Shown here: positions 63,184 through 64,000 of the stretch, piece after piece | Position numbering within the stretch: the first letter of the stretch is position 1 | Layout of the letters: every line of letters begins with the position of its first letter | Assembly (NCBI GenBank): GCA_013265495.1 | Contig: MU058824.1 | Location: 2,383,111-2,447,110, forward strand | Direction of reading: 5' to 3' | Source of the DNA: Vicugna vicugna | Lineage: Eukaryota | DNA: 64,000 nucleotides | Notes under the pieces: generated by a model | What the model was told of the DNA's origin: nothing | The model's input: the letters and a program-made list of their open reading frames with translations, nothing else | Database searches by the model: none | Translations under genes and position numbers: made by a program

Positions 63184-64000
63184 ACCATCAGGATCGCATT
63201 CTTCACAGCAGTTTGTGGTTTTAGACCCCCATGCAAACAAACACAAACAAAACCCAGGGCTCATCTGTGAAATAACTGATGGAACTTTCCGGAGTGGAGA
63301 TAAATAAAAACTAGGAAAAGACACCCAACTAACCAATCAAAAAGCTGGGATTACTTGTTAACTAAAAATAATGGAAGTAATTAAAAAGAAATGAAACCCA
63401 AAGTTCTCTCAGCTGCCAGAAAAAGCCTCCATTTCAGAAAGCAGAGGTGCACGTTATTAATGTAAGTCTGTGCACGTATGGGCATATCTGCAGGAGAAAT
63501 CCGAGTGGGTGTCAGCTGGCTTGATAAGAAAGAACTTGCCTCCCAGATACAGAAAGGCCAGTGCCATTCTCTTCTCTAAGAATGGCTCAGCTTAAACTGA
63601 CGTTTTCTTTTGACCAGACCCCAAGAATGCAACGTTCAGACCATAAGTGGGTCCACCCCTTGATTCACTTCTATTTACTTCCAAAGAAAGCATAAGCCGC
63701 TGACAGGGCTCTGGTATAGACGGAAAAAACCCTTCCTGAGGGCTCGCAGAGAATAACCTAATTTGGATTTTCCTGAGTGGAGCCAGGAGAGGCCCTATGG
63801 TCTGCATCCCAGGACCAAGAGGAACCCTAGGAAAGGGCTCAGAAGCTTCCAGAGACACCTCCGAACTAGTGACTCTTAGGTGGGCTGCAAATGCGTTCTG
63901 GGGGTTCAAACAGGTCTCGGACTGTAGAAAGTTGCACAGGACTCGGGACTGCCTGACTTCTCAGAACTGCTGGCATGCTTCCACACAATGGATGTCACCA

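Noticed and set aside
62475..64000. TMOD1 main promoter / non-coding exon 1
   Set aside because: No CpG island or clear first exon in this stretch; expected further upstream, outside the window

Overview
Mammalian genomic DNA, most likely camelid, judged from a vic-type tRNA-derived SINE and the style of the L1 3' ends. The minus strand carries all nine coding exons of TMOD1 (tropomodulin-1): ATG at 62439, TAG at 3686-3688, 1080 nt / 359 aa, all GT-AG junctions and phases consistent. The non-coding first exon(s) were not identified and probably lie beyond the right edge. At the left end, on the plus strand, is the last coding exon of TSTD2, so the two genes converge and their 3' UTRs probably overlap. 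The introns are filled with ordinary mammalian repeats: L1, L2, MIR, MLT1/MLT2-ERVL, MER/Tigger DNA transposons and microsatellites. Almost all ORFs in the supplied track are spurious. I found no convincing novel biological system. The most notable details are an internal Met103 in TMOD1, a distal-branch-point/CU-tract architecture at exon 3, a candidate telomerase-type insertion, a splice donor on the TSTD2 stop codon, and a recent tandem duplication in an LTR next to the first coding exon. Exons are numbered assuming one upstream non-coding exon. Repeat family names and comparisons to human/mouse proteins come from recall, not database searches, and repeat boundaries are approximate unless TSDs/TIRs are given.
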